Shown: piece by piece, positions 38,007 to 48,149 of the stretch | How the letters are laid out: the number at the start of each line of letters is the position of its first letter | How positions within the stretch are numbered: position 1 is the stretch's first letter | Position numbers and translations under genes: made by a program | Notes under the pieces: model-generated | Databases searched by the model: none | Seen by the model: the letters and a program-made list of their open reading frames with translations, nothing else | Told to the model about the DNA's origin: nothing | From: a virus | IMG/VR virus record: IMGVR_UViG_3300024520_000055 | Span: 19,448-83,447 of that record | Length of the DNA: 64,000 bases | Strand: one strand, 5' to 3'

Positions 38007-40741
38007 GCCGCCTCCTTCATCTTGTCGAGTTCCCCGTAGCTGGGCCCCACTTCCAGTTCGTAGTCAAACGGGACCGGCAACCAGGGGTAGCGCTCTGCTA
38101 CGCGCTCCTTCGCCCACTTCCGGAAGAACGGGTGCAACTGGGACACGGCTTCGGCCTCGATCTCGCCGAAGACAGAGTCGTGTACAGTTCCCAGTACCTG
38201 GCCCCCGAGCTTGGGAAGCTCACGGTGGATCTCAAGGAGCTGTCCGAATGTGATGTCGGACGAGGTGGACTGAATCTTGAAGTTGGAGGCCTCCCTGAAG
38301 CACTTCCGCATGTGGTTACGATCCTGTTGTGCCAAACGGAAGTGTCGCCTGCGACCAAAGAACGTTTCGACCCACCCTTGCCTAATGACTTCACCCTCGG
38401 TCAGGGAAATGTACTCGGGCAACGACGGGAGAACGCCGAAGATCGCATCGACGATCTCCTGTGCCTCTTCGACATCGATCTTCAGAATCGCTGCCATTGT
38501 GTGCACAGAACCGCCGTAGAGCGTCCCGAAGACAACGCGCTTCACCTTGTCTCGCAGCTTGTCGTACTTCTCTGGGCGCTTTCCTCCGGGCTCGACGGTT
38601 TCGTAGGAAACCTTGGCCACGAGACTCGTGATGTAGGAGTGAACATCGAGGCCCTCGTGGATGGCCTTGATCAGATCCTCGTCATGGGTGTAGGCACAGA
38701 ACACTCGGATCTCGGCGCCCGAGTAGTCCATGTTGAAGAACACGCGTGAAGGGCTCGACGGAATCAGGAGCTTCTTCAGGTTGTACCCAGCGTGGATGAG
38801 GTTTCCGTCCTTTTTCACGCGCCCGATGAACTTGGCCCAGTTCTGCATGTTCGGAGAGGAGGAAGAAAGCCTTCCTGTCTCTGTCCCGTTCAGGTGGTAG
38901 GAGCCGTGCAGGAAACCGTTCATGTCCACCAGGGCACGGATGGACTTCAAGAAGCCTGTGCGCCCCTTGTGGATGGACTTGTAGCGTTCCAAGGCGACCA
39001 TGAACTGGTGCCCCGCGGTGTTCTCGGGGACCTCCGCGATGTAGCGTTTGATGATCTCCTTGTCGACCTTCAGTTGCCCCGTGTCCGTGTAACCCAAGGG
39101 TGGGAGCGCCAGGTTGGTGAGCACAACCGCCTGCAAGTCCTTCTTGGCATTGGGATTGAATTCCCGCCCGGCAAGCGCGTACATCGAGTGCAACAGGCCT
39201 CCCAGTTCGGAGTCCATGTCGCGTTCCATTATGGACATGTAGTCAAGATCGACCTTCACGCCCCGGTGTTGGATGTCAGCGATGGCCCGCGCCCCTGGCA
39301 GGTAGTGTCTGCGCATAATGGGGTAGAGCTTGGGAGACTCTCGATTCATCAACGTGTTTTGCTTCACGAAGATCTGCCAGGTAATGTCCGCGTCCAGTCC
39401 TGCGTAACAACACAACAGGTCCACGTCGACGTCCTCAAACGTCACTGTGCCTGCTTTCATCTCCTTGCGAAGCTGGCGCTTCTTCACAGCGTCCGAAGCG
39501 TCCTTCTTCTTTTTCCCCTTTTTCTTTCCGTCTTCTTTGCTCTCCGCGGCGAGGCGAACACCGCGCATCTGGGACAGAGATGAAAGCTCATCGTCGAGCA
39601 CGGCCACGCGCGCCGCGTTCTTGGCCATTGCTGCCTCGATGAGTTGGTCCCAGAGCTTATCCTCATACCCCGAATACTGTGGACAGTACGTCGGGGTCAG
39701 GGTCTTCAGTCCATAGTGGCCCTTTTTGTCCTCGTCGAGCAGGTGCTCTCCCATCAAGGTGTCCCACGCGATGTTGCGCACAGGACAGCCCACCGCGAGT
39801 TCGAGGCCCGCGAGGTCAAATGGCAAGTTGTGCCCCATCTTGGGCTTGGCGCACTCCAACACCCGTCGAACGTGCTTCCACGCTCGCTGCTTGTTGTAGG
39901 GTGTCTTCTTGTGGTCGAGCATGATGGTTGTCGCTTTGCCCTTGTCCCAGCCAAAGGCAATCGCGATCACCTTGAACGCGGGCGACCAGGTCTCCAAAGA
40001 GTTGGTCTCAATATCGAAGACAATGGGCCACGTCTCGGGCTTCTGTTTGGCTTTCCCCGTGTAGGCGATGATCTCGTCACAGACGTGCTTGACTTCCTTG
40101 AGCGTTTTGGGAACAGGGTAGTCCTTGGTCAGTTTCTCGATCGAGGGAAGCTCGATACTGTGTCCGCGCCGGGCCTTTCCTGCAAAACGTCCGAGCGTGT
40201 AAATGTCCTGCCGGAATACACGGAACAATCCTGGATTGGAGTGCACCTGGTAGGGCTCGAAAGTGGGGACCACCAGACAACGGTGTCCCCCAACTTCCAC
40301 CTCAACCGGCTTTCCTCGTACGTCGGAAAACTTTTGCACCTTGATGCCGAGCATCTTGGTTGCCGTCACCCCCAGAGCCAAGATGGTCTTGGGGCGCCAC
40401 TTCTCGACGCGGCGTAACAGGTGCGCCTTGCACTGGCCGTCTGTCCCCTTTGGGATGCGTCCTACGAAACCACAGGGGATCGCGTATTCCATCCTCCAGT
40501 TGAGGCCCTCCATCTCTTTCTGGTGGTCCCGCGCGTCCTTCAGGAGCGTCTCCACCAAGTGCTCGGCACTCGAGTAGAACGCATAGTCCTTCCCAATGGA
40601 CGCCGTATCTGGGCTGGAGAAAAGAACGAGCAACGGCACCCCCTCGGGGGGCACCTTCATGAGTTCCGGGAAGTTTCTCCCGCTTAGGGAAGGGGCATGT
40701 TCAAGGGCGCACCCTCCGCACGTCTCGTTCTTCGGAAACAT
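38003..40741 (-). CDS. polA: Family A DNA polymerase with N-terminal UDG-like domain and 3'-5' exonuclease
   Basis: Exo 'FDIET', 'HNLPFD', 'YAGLD'; Pol 'TGRLSS..PNMQN', 'DYSGAEIR', 'KRVVFGTLYG', 'VHDS'; N-terminal CGGC...'PKTILALG' UDG-like region. Confidence 0.95.
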   Translation of the reverse strand: MFPKNETCGGCALEHAPSLSGRNFPELMKVPPEGVPLLVLFSSPDTASIGKDYAFYSSAEHLVETLLKDARDHQKEMEGLNWRMEYAIPCGFVGRIPKGTDGQCKAHLLRRVEKWRPKTILALGVTATKMLGIKVQKFSDVRGKPVEVEVGGHRCLVVPTFEPYQVHSNPGLFRVFRQDIYTLGRFAGKARRGHSIELPSIEKLTKDYPVPKTLKEVKHVCDEIIAYTGKAKQKPETWPIVFDIETNSLETWSPAFKVIAIAFGWDKGKATTIMLDHKKTPYNKQRAWKHVRRVLECAKPKMGHNLPFDLAGLELAVGCPVRNIAWDTLMGEHLLDEDKKGHYGLKTLTPTYCPQYSGYEDKLWDQLIEAAMAKNAARVAVLDDELSSLSQMRGVRLAAESKEDGKKKGKKKKDASDAVKKRQLRKEMKAGTVTFEDVDVDLLCCYAGLDADITWQIFVKQNTLMNRESPKLYPIMRRHYLPGARAIADIQHRGVKVDLDYMSIMERDMDSELGGLLHSMYALAGREFNPNAKKDLQAVVLTNLALPPLGYTDTGQLKVDKEIIKRYIAEVPENTAGHQFMVALERYKSIHKGRTGFLKSIRALVDMNGFLHGSYHLNGTETGRLSSSSPNMQNWAKFIGRVKKDGNLIHAGYNLKKLLIPSSPSRVFFNMDYSGAEIRVFCAYTHDEDLIKAIHEGLDVHSYITSLVAKVSYETVEPGGKRPEKYDKLRDKVKRVVFGTLYGGSVHTMAAILKIDVEEAQEIVDAIFGVLPSLPEYISLTEGEVIRQGWVETFFGRRRHFRLAQQDRNHMRKCFREASNFKIQSTSSDITFGQLLEIHRELPKLGGQVLGTVHDSVFGEIEAEAVSQLHPFFRKWAKERVAERYPWLPVPFDYELEVGPSYGELDKMKEAA

Positions 40742-40786
40742 AAACCACCTCGTTGCCGATATTGAACATGTAGGGCATCGGCGTCC

Positions 40787-43700
40787 CTACTCAGTCTCGT
40801 GTTCGGGCTCGGATGTAGGAATGTCGGTCTTCTCGTCATCGTCACGCTGCTTTTTCGCGTCGTCAATTTTGGTAACGTTTTCCAGGTCGGCGGAGGACGT
40901 GAAGTCTCCCAGTGCCTTGGACAGGTTGAACACAGTCACACCTTTGGGGGAGTAACCGGGACCTCCGAACAGCTTCTCGATATGAGGCCACGCTTTTTTG
41001 ACTGGAACAGCGAACTCACTCACGTCGCACAGAGCCTTGAGCTGTCCTGCTGTCCGGTTGCCCTCCAGAATGGAACGGTGTCCTTTCAGAATGGCTGACT
41101 CGGCATGCGTCCAGTGAACCACGAGCCAGTTCTTGTGCTGTTGGTAGTAGACCCCAAGGTTGGCGTTGTTCACGGTGTTGATGCGCAGCTTGGGGTCATT
41201 CAACAGCCCGCGCAACGTGGTGCTGCCAGAGAACGTGGCAACGTCCAACATCAGCACGCTGTCCAACAGAGCGTCGAGGATAACCTCGCCTTCGGAACGC
41301 ACGCCGACGTACTCGTTTTCGTTGATGCGCTTGGCCTCTGCCAAATCCTTGGCGAACTTCTTCCACGGCATCTTGAGAAACCGATAGAGCGTGATGAGTG
41401 GGATGACCGTCTCTTTGAAACGGCTGTCCGTTTCCCGGGGCATGATCTCCTTGGTCATCAGCTCTTTCTTGGTGCTCCAGTAGAGCCTGTAGATCTCCGG
41501 GACGTGTGGCAGCAGCCCAAGCGTGACTTGCTGACGCAGTTCCTTGAGGTCTTTCTCACCGTACTTCTGCCCGATGGCCTGGTCCGGCGGAATGCGGTTC
41601 TTCCGTTGGTCCATTACGAGCATCACAACCCGCGACAAGTCGGCCAGTTCCCTCGGGGGGTGGGCCGCCGCCATGAGGATCGGGAAGTTCAGAGTGTATT
41701 CTCTCACCTTACCCGATACGGTTCCCTGGGTTCGGTGGGCCTCGTCAGCGATCATTGAACGGAACTCGAGCAGCAACTCTCGGACCACCCGGGAGCGCGA
41801 ACTTCCGTCCGCCTTGTCCTCGAACTCGTCCATGACGAGACCCCAAGCACTGTTGTTCATCGCCTGTCTGATGCCCGCAACGGTGTAGTTCTCGGTGGCG
41901 TAAACGGGCTCGACGATACCGAACAACTTGTCGGACGAGATGGAGAAGAACTGCCGGAGCAATTTGGTTTTACCAGATGAATAGGCCCCCGAGATGAATG
42001 TCATCAGGGTGCCCGGAAAAAGTGACATGTATGGGAAAACCATGGCCAGCAGGGCACAGTAGGTTGTGTCGATATCGTGGTGAATGAACGCCCAGCCAGT
42101 GCCTACGATGTCCTTCAGCTTACGAAACACCTCGGACAGCATGATGGCCGAGGCGTCTTCCAGAATTCCGTCACCATTGAGAGCTTCGGTCCACTTGGCT
42201 CGTACATCAGGGAGGAACAGGTTGTTGCGATAGAGCGGGTTCTCCAGCTTGGTGACTTCTGTTCCATCCTTCTCGTAGCGCACCAGGTGTGTGTTCTTTC
42301 CGTTGTGGACCGCCGCCTCGATGACGCCGTCGGCAGCGCCGAGGAGGTGAATGCCCTGGGTTCTTTCCCGGATACCTCGAAGGTCCTGGCTACGTCCCGC
42401 GATGATCTGGAGGGCTTCCTCCAACGCCGTGCGCATGTTGCGCTTCTGTTGTTCCAGGCTCAGAGGGATCGGGTTGGCCTCTCCGTCATCGCCCCGCATG
42501 TACTTGTGCGTCATGCAGAGGGGGATGCCGATCTCCCGTTGGCCCCAGTCGAGGAGGGACCCGGTGTCCATGGCCAGTTGTGCGACACAGTCCGTTGACT
42601 TCGCCAGCATGAGGTGCCGGGTGTCGCTCTTCTCCTTGTGCCAGAGCAGGATCTCGACGGAACTGCCATGTATCCCTCCGTCGTTCCGAGTACCGATCAC
42701 GGTGTAGTAGTCTTCGAGCTTCTCGGCCAGTCTCCTAGCAAAGCCTTGGGAGGTGTCGTCAGACACCATGGACTCGCGCAACAGGTCAGCAGAGCCCAGG
42801 CCGTATGCCTGTTCGATTAACTGGAAGAACGCTTTCTTCTGGCTCTCGTCGCAGAGGTAGTTCTTGGCGTGATCCAGGGCAATTTCTTCCCGCCGCTTGA
42901 CGTCGGCTTCCGACGTTTGGCGCAGAAGATGGTCGGCACGTTGGTACGCTACCTGGTAGGTGAAGATGTAGCGCGTATTATCCAGAAAGGCCTCGTAAGA
43001 GTCCTCAAAGCCCCGCAGGTTCACGGCGTCCGAAGGGTCGAACTTGTGTGGATCACCAGACTCCCACTGGAAGTGCCGGAACGACTTGATTGAATCCGGG
43101 ATACTTTTGGCCAGCATCAGTCCCTGGTCACGTCCGGCGTTGTCGTTGTCTCCGACCCAGAAGACTTGTTCGACGCCGACATGGACAAGATCGCTGATGT
43201 CCGTGTTGGTCTTGCCTCCCTTGGAGACGCAGATGCGGTCCAATTTCCCGGTTTGAATTTGGGAGGCGGCGATGGCGAGCTGGTCAAATTCACCTTCTAC
43301 GACCAGGGCGTTCTTGCTGACCGGGTGCCCCATGAGAGACGAGTAAACGTTGAGCCCGAAGAGTCCGACGTTGTGTTCGAACTCGTCTTCCAAGGCGACG
43401 ACGCCCTTGGCGTCAGGATCGGGATTGCGTAAGCGAATCCTGCCAATCTCCCTGGCGCTCCGGGTGTTGAAGAACGTCATCCACCCAGCCCAGCCCTTCT
43501 CGTAGGCTTGCGCCAGGTAGGACATGATCGCCTTGTAGAGCTCCATGTCCTTCTCGGCGTACTGGTCGTAGAAGACCTGGAGCACAGGCATCGCCCCGAT
43601 GGGCAGCAGATGCCACGCATCGGGGTCGATCTTCTTGTGGTCCTTGAAGAACTTCACCGCGGCCTGGACGTAGGAGTGTGCAGGCTCCTCTGGCTTGTTG

Positions 43701-44152
43701 TAGGCGTCGATGAGAAGGTTGCGTGAAGTCTCGAAGATGGCCTGCTTGGCACGCTGAACGAGATCGAAGCCCTCCAGCTCCGCGAGGATCTTCTTGGTGA
43801 ACCGCTTGAGGCCGAAGCGCTCCTTCATCTTGGTGACGGCCTCGACCGACGAGCACTTGGCCACCTTCTTTACGAAGTAAACCGGGTTGCGCTCGAAGTA
43901 TTCGCAGGCCGAGGACCAGCACTTGGCGTGGCCGCGTTGGAGATCCACCGTGAATGAGGGAGTGCTATCCGAGTGAGTCCCCACCGGGCAGCGTCCCTTG
44001 AGGGCGCGGCCGTGGATGACCCACCGACTGTCGGGAGAGATATCCCCCAGGAACGCGCGCCAGTCCTCTGGCGAACCAGAGTCCCAGAGTTCAACGAGGC
44101 GCTTCGATGTCAGATCAAATGTTGACCTCTGTTGTTGCTGCTGCCTTGCCAT
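40787..44152 (-). CDS. DNA primase-helicase (CHC2-like Zn finger, TOPRIM, P-loop)
   Basis: 'CPVGTHSDSTPSF...KCWSSAC', TOPRIM 'VVEGEFD' and 'GDNDNAG', P-loop 'GAYSSGKT', 'LVMDEFE'. Confidence 0.85.
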   Translation of the reverse strand: MARQQQQQRSTFDLTSKRLVELWDSGSPEDWRAFLGDISPDSRWVIHGRALKGRCPVGTHSDSTPSFTVDLQRGHAKCWSSACEYFERNPVYFVKKVAKCSSVEAVTKMKERFGLKRFTKKILAELEGFDLVQRAKQAIFETSRNLLIDAYNKPEEPAHSYVQAAVKFFKDHKKIDPDAWHLLPIGAMPVLQVFYDQYAEKDMELYKAIMSYLAQAYEKGWAGWMTFFNTRSAREIGRIRLRNPDPDAKGVVALEDEFEHNVGLFGLNVYSSLMGHPVSKNALVVEGEFDQLAIAASQIQTGKLDRICVSKGGKTNTDISDLVHVGVEQVFWVGDNDNAGRDQGLMLAKSIPDSIKSFRHFQWESGDPHKFDPSDAVNLRGFEDSYEAFLDNTRYIFTYQVAYQRADHLLRQTSEADVKRREEIALDHAKNYLCDESQKKAFFQLIEQAYGLGSADLLRESMVSDDTSQGFARRLAEKLEDYYTVIGTRNDGGIHGSSVEILLWHKEKSDTRHLMLAKSTDCVAQLAMDTGSLLDWGQREIGIPLCMTHKYMRGDDGEANPIPLSLEQQKRNMRTALEEALQIIAGRSQDLRGIRERTQGIHLLGAADGVIEAAVHNGKNTHLVRYEKDGTEVTKLENPLYRNNLFLPDVRAKWTEALNGDGILEDASAIMLSEVFRKLKDIVGTGWAFIHHDIDTTYCALLAMVFPYMSLFPGTLMTFISGAYSSGKTKLLRQFFSISSDKLFGIVEPVYATENYTVAGIRQAMNNSAWGLVMDEFEDKADGSSRSRVVRELLLEFRSMIADEAHRTQGTVSGKVREYTLNFPILMAAAHPPRELADLSRVVMLVMDQRKNRIPPDQAIGQKYGEKDLKELRQQVTLGLLPHVPEIYRLYWSTKKELMTKEIMPRETDSRFKETVIPLITLYRFLKMPWKKFAKDLAEAKRINENEYVGVRSEGEVILDALLDSVLMLDVATFSGSTTLRGLLNDPKLRINTVNNANLGVYYQQHKNWLVVHWTHAESAILKGHRSILEGNRTAGQLKALCDVSEFAVPVKKAWPHIEKLFGGPGYSPKGVTVFNLSKALGDFTSSADLENVTKIDDAKKQRDDDEKTDIPTSEPEHETE

Positions 44153-44978
44153 CACTACCACCACTGCTCGTTTGCATCGCCGTGAAAGCCTCGCAGGCCT
44201 CCGTGTATCCACACCAGTCGCAGTGCTTTCCGGTCCACTGGTCATTCTTGTTCCCGAAGGCGCCCGCCTTGTTGAGGAACTCGATGAGCCAGTTGCGCAT
44301 GCGAATGGAAATCTCACGGCGCATCATTACAGGAATCCAGTCGATCGTGCCGTCCAGAATGTAGTGGACGGCGGGCTGCACGGCCAGAATGTTGAAGTCC
44401 GGAACCTTGAGGCCATAGACACCAAGGATTTGGTATCCCCGAAGCTGCTCCAGGTACCATTCCATGCGTCCCTTGGCGCGTGCCTTGTGGTCAATGACCA
44501 CGAGGTTTCCCCCGTGCGTGGGAATGCCAAGGTCGATGACGCCGCGGAAAAGGCCATCGTTGTTGAAGAACTCACAGGGCTCGAAGTCCGGCGTGATCGC
44601 CATTCGCAGTTCGACCAGGAGGGGCGACTTCGTCTCAGCCCCCTTCGCAGCCACAAACTTCCGAATGCGCTCACCGAACTCGAGGATTTGACTCTTGTAG
44701 AGACGCAGCTCGTCGGTTTCCGCCGACGTGAGATCGTGCTTCCCTTCTTGGATGCGCAGGATGTTATCGATGGGCACGTCGGGGCGCTTCAACATCGCTT
44801 CGACAGTCTCGTGTGCTGCGAGGCCCACCTTGCGGCGGCTCGTGGCGGGAGGCTCCACGCCCTTTACCCGCTCCACATATTTCTTCCGGAACTGCCACGG
44901 ACAGTTCAGCGCCATCTTGGCTTTCGAATTGGACCACGGGGCATAGCGCATGCAATCGGCGGTCAGCTTGAAACTCAT
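44115..44978 (-). CDS. PD-(D/E)XK (RecB/Cas4-like) nuclease
   Basis: 'SNSK...CPWQF', 'G..AH...E', 'RGVIDL', 'IDHK', 'QL..Y', 'CDWC....C'. Confidence 0.85.
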   Translation of the reverse strand: MSFKLTADCMRYAPWSNSKAKMALNCPWQFRKKYVERVKGVEPPATSRRKVGLAAHETVEAMLKRPDVPIDNILRIQEGKHDLTSAETDELRLYKSQILEFGERIRKFVAAKGAETKSPLLVELRMAITPDFEPCEFFNNDGLFRGVIDLGIPTHGGNLVVIDHKARAKGRMEWYLEQLRGYQILGVYGLKVPDFNILAVQPAVHYILDGTIDWIPVMMRREISIRMRNWLIEFLNKAGAFGNKNDQWTGKHCDWCGYTEACEAFTAMQTSSGGSDGKAAATTEVNI

Positions 44979-44988
44979 TGTTCTCCCC

Positions 44989-45023
44989 AAAAAAGAGGCG
45001 TCCATCCGGTTAGGATGAACGCC
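44989..45023 (-). terminator. Intrinsic terminator downstream of the SSB-like gene
   Basis: Minus strand GGCGTTCATCC-TAACC-GGATGGACGCC followed by TCTTTTTT. Confidence 0.7.
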
Positions 45024-45055
45024 ACCTGTTCACTTCAAAGTCAGCACTGGGTGGA

Positions 45056-46039
45056 TCACAGGCTGCCCGCGTGATCCTCGACGTCGGGAGTCCCGGTTCC
45101 CTCTTCGCCCTCGCTACCGACGGTCGTCGTTCCCTCGACGTCCACGGTGTCTCCGGCCTCGCCCCCGGGACCGTAGGAGCCCCGCTGCGGGCCGTCGGTT
45201 CCGTCGGTGCCGCCAGAGGCCTCCTTCGTCATCCGCGTCGCCTCGGCGTCGTCCTGATCGGACCACTCCAAGACCTTCTCGAACAGGAAGTCCACGACGG
45301 TCATCTCGTCCTTGGAAGGGTGAACCTCTTCGCCCCCCTCGTCCCGGGCGACCTCGACCAGGTGCGCGTGGTAGGTGTTGCTTCCTGCCTCTCGCTTGTC
45401 GCCGTAGAACCGGTAGGCCCGGCTGAAGATCTCGTCGGTGGCCGGGAGCAGCTTCTTGAGCATCTTCTGGGCAGGCTGTCCAGCCTTGCCCTTCAGCGTG
45501 TAGCGGTACATGCCGCTGAAGTCGGCCATCAGCAGGACGATGCCGATGCAATCGTCGCAGCCGCCGTCCTTGAACACCTTGCCCGCGCCGTCCTTGCGGA
45601 AAGTGGGCTTCTCGGGACACTGCTCGCAGTAGACCCCGCGGATGCTGTGCTCACGGTCCGGCGACCGGCAAGCGAGGCCGGTGCCCGAGAAGAACACCCG
45701 CTCTTCCTTGAAGAGCAGCACGTATCCGACCAGCGACGCGCCGAGAGCCGTCATCGCATCGTCGAAGTACTCGCCCGCCTTGCAATCGTCGGGTGCGTTG
45801 CTCGTCGACTTCTGCATCAGGTTCAGGAACGGGAACTGCTTGCGGGATCCTGCGGCCATCTTCATGCCGCGTTTGGCAGGGGCCAAGGGTGTCATCGCCT
45901 TGGACAGGTTCTTCTGGATGTCTTCGGGCAATCGTGCGAGCGCTTTGAGCACTGCATCGGGCGCCTTCATCGCATCGGGCACTGAGATGACCAGGGCTGT
46001 CTCGGTCTGGGGGGACTCATCCTTTTTCGGCTTCGCCAT
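45056..46039 (-). CDS. Putative ssDNA-binding/recombination protein
   Basis: Double AAGGAG RBS; 'FPFLNLMQ', 'CRSPD...CEQCP...C' Zn motif; long acidic Gly-rich C-terminal tail; replication-operon context. Confidence 0.5.
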   Translation of the reverse strand: MAKPKKDESPQTETALVISVPDAMKAPDAVLKALARLPEDIQKNLSKAMTPLAPAKRGMKMAAGSRKQFPFLNLMQKSTSNAPDDCKAGEYFDDAMTALGASLVGYVLLFKEERVFFSGTGLACRSPDREHSIRGVYCEQCPEKPTFRKDGAGKVFKDGGCDDCIGIVLLMADFSGMYRYTLKGKAGQPAQKMLKKLLPATDEIFSRAYRFYGDKREAGSNTYHAHLVEVARDEGGEEVHPSKDEMTVVDFLFEKVLEWSDQDDAEATRMTKEASGGTDGTDGPQRGSYGPGGEAGDTVDVEGTTTVGSEGEEGTGTPDVEDHAGSL

Positions 46040-46150
46040 GTCTCCTTCTCTCCTTGTTGTTTGCCTCCTCCGTGGAGGCACGCAACAGTCTCTGTGATTG
46101 GGATGAGGTTGTCAACCCAGAAACCCCGGATCGATCCGGGATTCCTGTCG

Positions 46151-46927
46151 TTAGTGGTTTTCTCCGGGAGGCACCACAACATCTTGTGGATCCTCCTCCT
46201 GAGCAGCAGATAATGCCGCCGTTGCAGCGGCTATTTCGGGGGGAATATCGGTGACGGTCGCGCCCTCTTGAAGCTCTTCCTTCTCTAGCTCCCACTGTGA
46301 GATCGTGTGCTGCATTCCGCCTAAGATCTGCTGCTTCACGAACTGCTCCAGGAACCCCTCGCCATTCCAGTACGGCCCTGCCGCGCGATCGACAGCGGCG
46401 CGGACTGGCTTGAGTTGTTGTTCCAAGGTGGCCTGGTCCACGGCCCACGCCAGGTGGTACTTCCCGTTGAAGTGGTTCTGTGCCGCCTGGATTATCTTGC
46501 GTGCTTCGGGAGGCGACTGCTCTGGTCCCATCGTTGACGTCTGCCGCAGGAACACCATGCCGCTGCTGCGCAGATCGACAACCAGGATCCCTTCGGTCGC
46601 AACGTATTGTCTTCCCGAATCCATGGATGGAAGTTCCTCCCCGAACGGGAAGAACCCCAGATTCTGAATGAAGAGAAGGTGCGGCTTCTCGTCCCGTAAT
46701 CGTAGAAGAGGAAACTCGGTTGGCTCTTGCCAAAGGATTTCCCAGACACCCCACGGGTCGAGAGTGTGCTCTGCGATAAGAGCAAGAAGAACGTAACCTG
46801 TATCCAAACCGCATTTCCGCAGCTTGGTGAGGACAGGGGGAAGGAGGGAAGGGATCCCCCCGTCCACAGCGATTTCCACTGTCGACGGGGGCTCCCCTTG
46901 GCATCCGATCAGGTCCCAAACGTCCAT
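46151..46927 (-). CDS. Hypothetical protein
   Basis: 258-aa ORF in operon order after ParB. Confidence 0.6.
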   Translation of the reverse strand: MDVWDLIGCQGEPPSTVEIAVDGGIPSLLPPVLTKLRKCGLDTGYVLLALIAEHTLDPWGVWEILWQEPTEFPLLRLRDEKPHLLFIQNLGFFPFGEELPSMDSGRQYVATEGILVVDLRSSGMVFLRQTSTMGPEQSPPEARKIIQAAQNHFNGKYHLAWAVDQATLEQQLKPVRAAVDRAAGPYWNGEGFLEQFVKQQILGGMQHTISQWELEKEELQEGATVTDIPPEIAAATAALSAAQEEDPQDVVVPPGENH

Positions 46928-46930
46928 GGC

Positions 46931-47977
46931 CTACTTCTTGGCCTTCTTGGACGCCTTCTTGATCGGGGACTTCTTGGCGAACGGTGCCTTGGCCCCCTTG
47001 GGGTTCATCGGGTCAGCCGGGAGCTGGAGCTTGTGGAGCCCCACCATCCGGATGTCGTCCCGCAGGCCGAGCTGGAACTCGAACGCCTGCTGCATCCCCT
47101 CCAGGAACCCCGCCTCCCGATCGGAGTAGGACTTCCGCTTCAGGCCCAGCGCCTTGGGCGGCTTGTGGCCCGCGGGCCGGTTGTCCGCGTCCATGCGCAG
47201 CGCATGGTAGGAAGCGAAGTACCCGCTGAGCAGGCGTTTGAATGGCTGCGGGTTGAACGCCTTGTACTTCTCGTCCGGATCGACCTTCGTGCGGGACTGC
47301 TCCTTGCGCGTCGGACGCCCGCGGCGCTTCCCCGTGGCCGACTTGGCGGCCTTGCCCTTCGAGGTATGCGTCTCCTTCTCGAGGGCGTCCTGCACGAGCT
47401 CCTTGACGTCCTCGATGGCCTCGCCCTCGGACCGCTTGGCGACCTTCGCCTTGACCTTGGGGTCCTCGATGCGCGCGATCTCGCGCACGGCCGTCGGCGT
47501 CAGGCGTCCTGCCTTCACTGCCCGCTGGATGTCGGCGGGCTGCTCCAACAGCTTGAGGCACTGGGAAACGAAGCCCTGGGAGACACTGAGAATCTTGGAC
47601 ACGTCCTTGGCCTTGAGCCCCTTCTTCTCCATGAGAGTCTTGACGCCGCGCGCCTTCTCCAGGGCGTTGAGCGACTTCCGCTGGATGTTGGCGGACACCA
47701 TGACGACGTCGGGATCGATGTCGGTGTCAACGAGGACGTTGACCTTGTACCGACGCAGCTCCTTCATGCAGATGAGACGGCGCTGTCCGTCGATCAGGAG
47801 GTACTTGCCTCCCTTCTTCTTCTTCTTGTCCGGGTGGGGGCACACCAGGATGGGCGTGTGCATTCCGTTCTGGCGGATGTCCTCCTTGAGCTGAGACAGG
47901 TCCCCGAGTTCCTCGCGGGGGTTGCCTGACACTTCGATGAGGCTGGACGTCACGTTCTCGTGCAACTTCTGGGGCAT
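46931..47977 (-). CDS. ParB/Spo0J-family protein
   Basis: 'NPR...L..DIRQNGMHTPILV', 'LIDGQRR', 'NIQRKSLNALEKA', HTH 'AKDVSKILSVSQGFVSQ'. Confidence 0.88.
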   Translation of the reverse strand: MPQKLHENVTSSLIEVSGNPREELGDLSQLKEDIRQNGMHTPILVCPHPDKKKKKGGKYLLIDGQRRLICMKELRRYKVNVLVDTDIDPDVVMVSANIQRKSLNALEKARGVKTLMEKKGLKAKDVSKILSVSQGFVSQCLKLLEQPADIQRAVKAGRLTPTAVREIARIEDPKVKAKVAKRSEGEAIEDVKELVQDALEKETHTSKGKAAKSATGKRRGRPTRKEQSRTKVDPDEKYKAFNPQPFKRLLSGYFASYHALRMDADNRPAGHKPPKALGLKRKSYSDREAGFLEGMQQAFEFQLGLRDDIRMVGLHKLQLPADPMNPKGAKAPFAKKSPIKKASKKAKK

Positions 47978-48148
47978 CTAGGGGGCTCCTTCCTTGTTTC
48001 CTTCGAATCCCTCTGTCCCATGTTCAGGACAGGACCACAGCCCCGATCCGGGGCTCAATTCCGTACATTTCTTCCCGCACAAAGGGCACCGAACGCCCTC
48101 TTCGGCTGTCTTGTCGACGGGCTCTTCTTCAACTCCGTATTTTTCCAT
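47978..48148 (-). CDS. Small Zn-ribbon protein (56 aa)
   Basis: MEKYGV...CPLCG...CPEHG; GAGGAG RBS. Confidence 0.6.
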   Translation of the reverse strand: MEKYGVEEEPVDKTAEEGVRCPLCGKKCTELSPGSGLWSCPEHGTEGFEGNKEGAP

Positions 48149-48149
48149 G

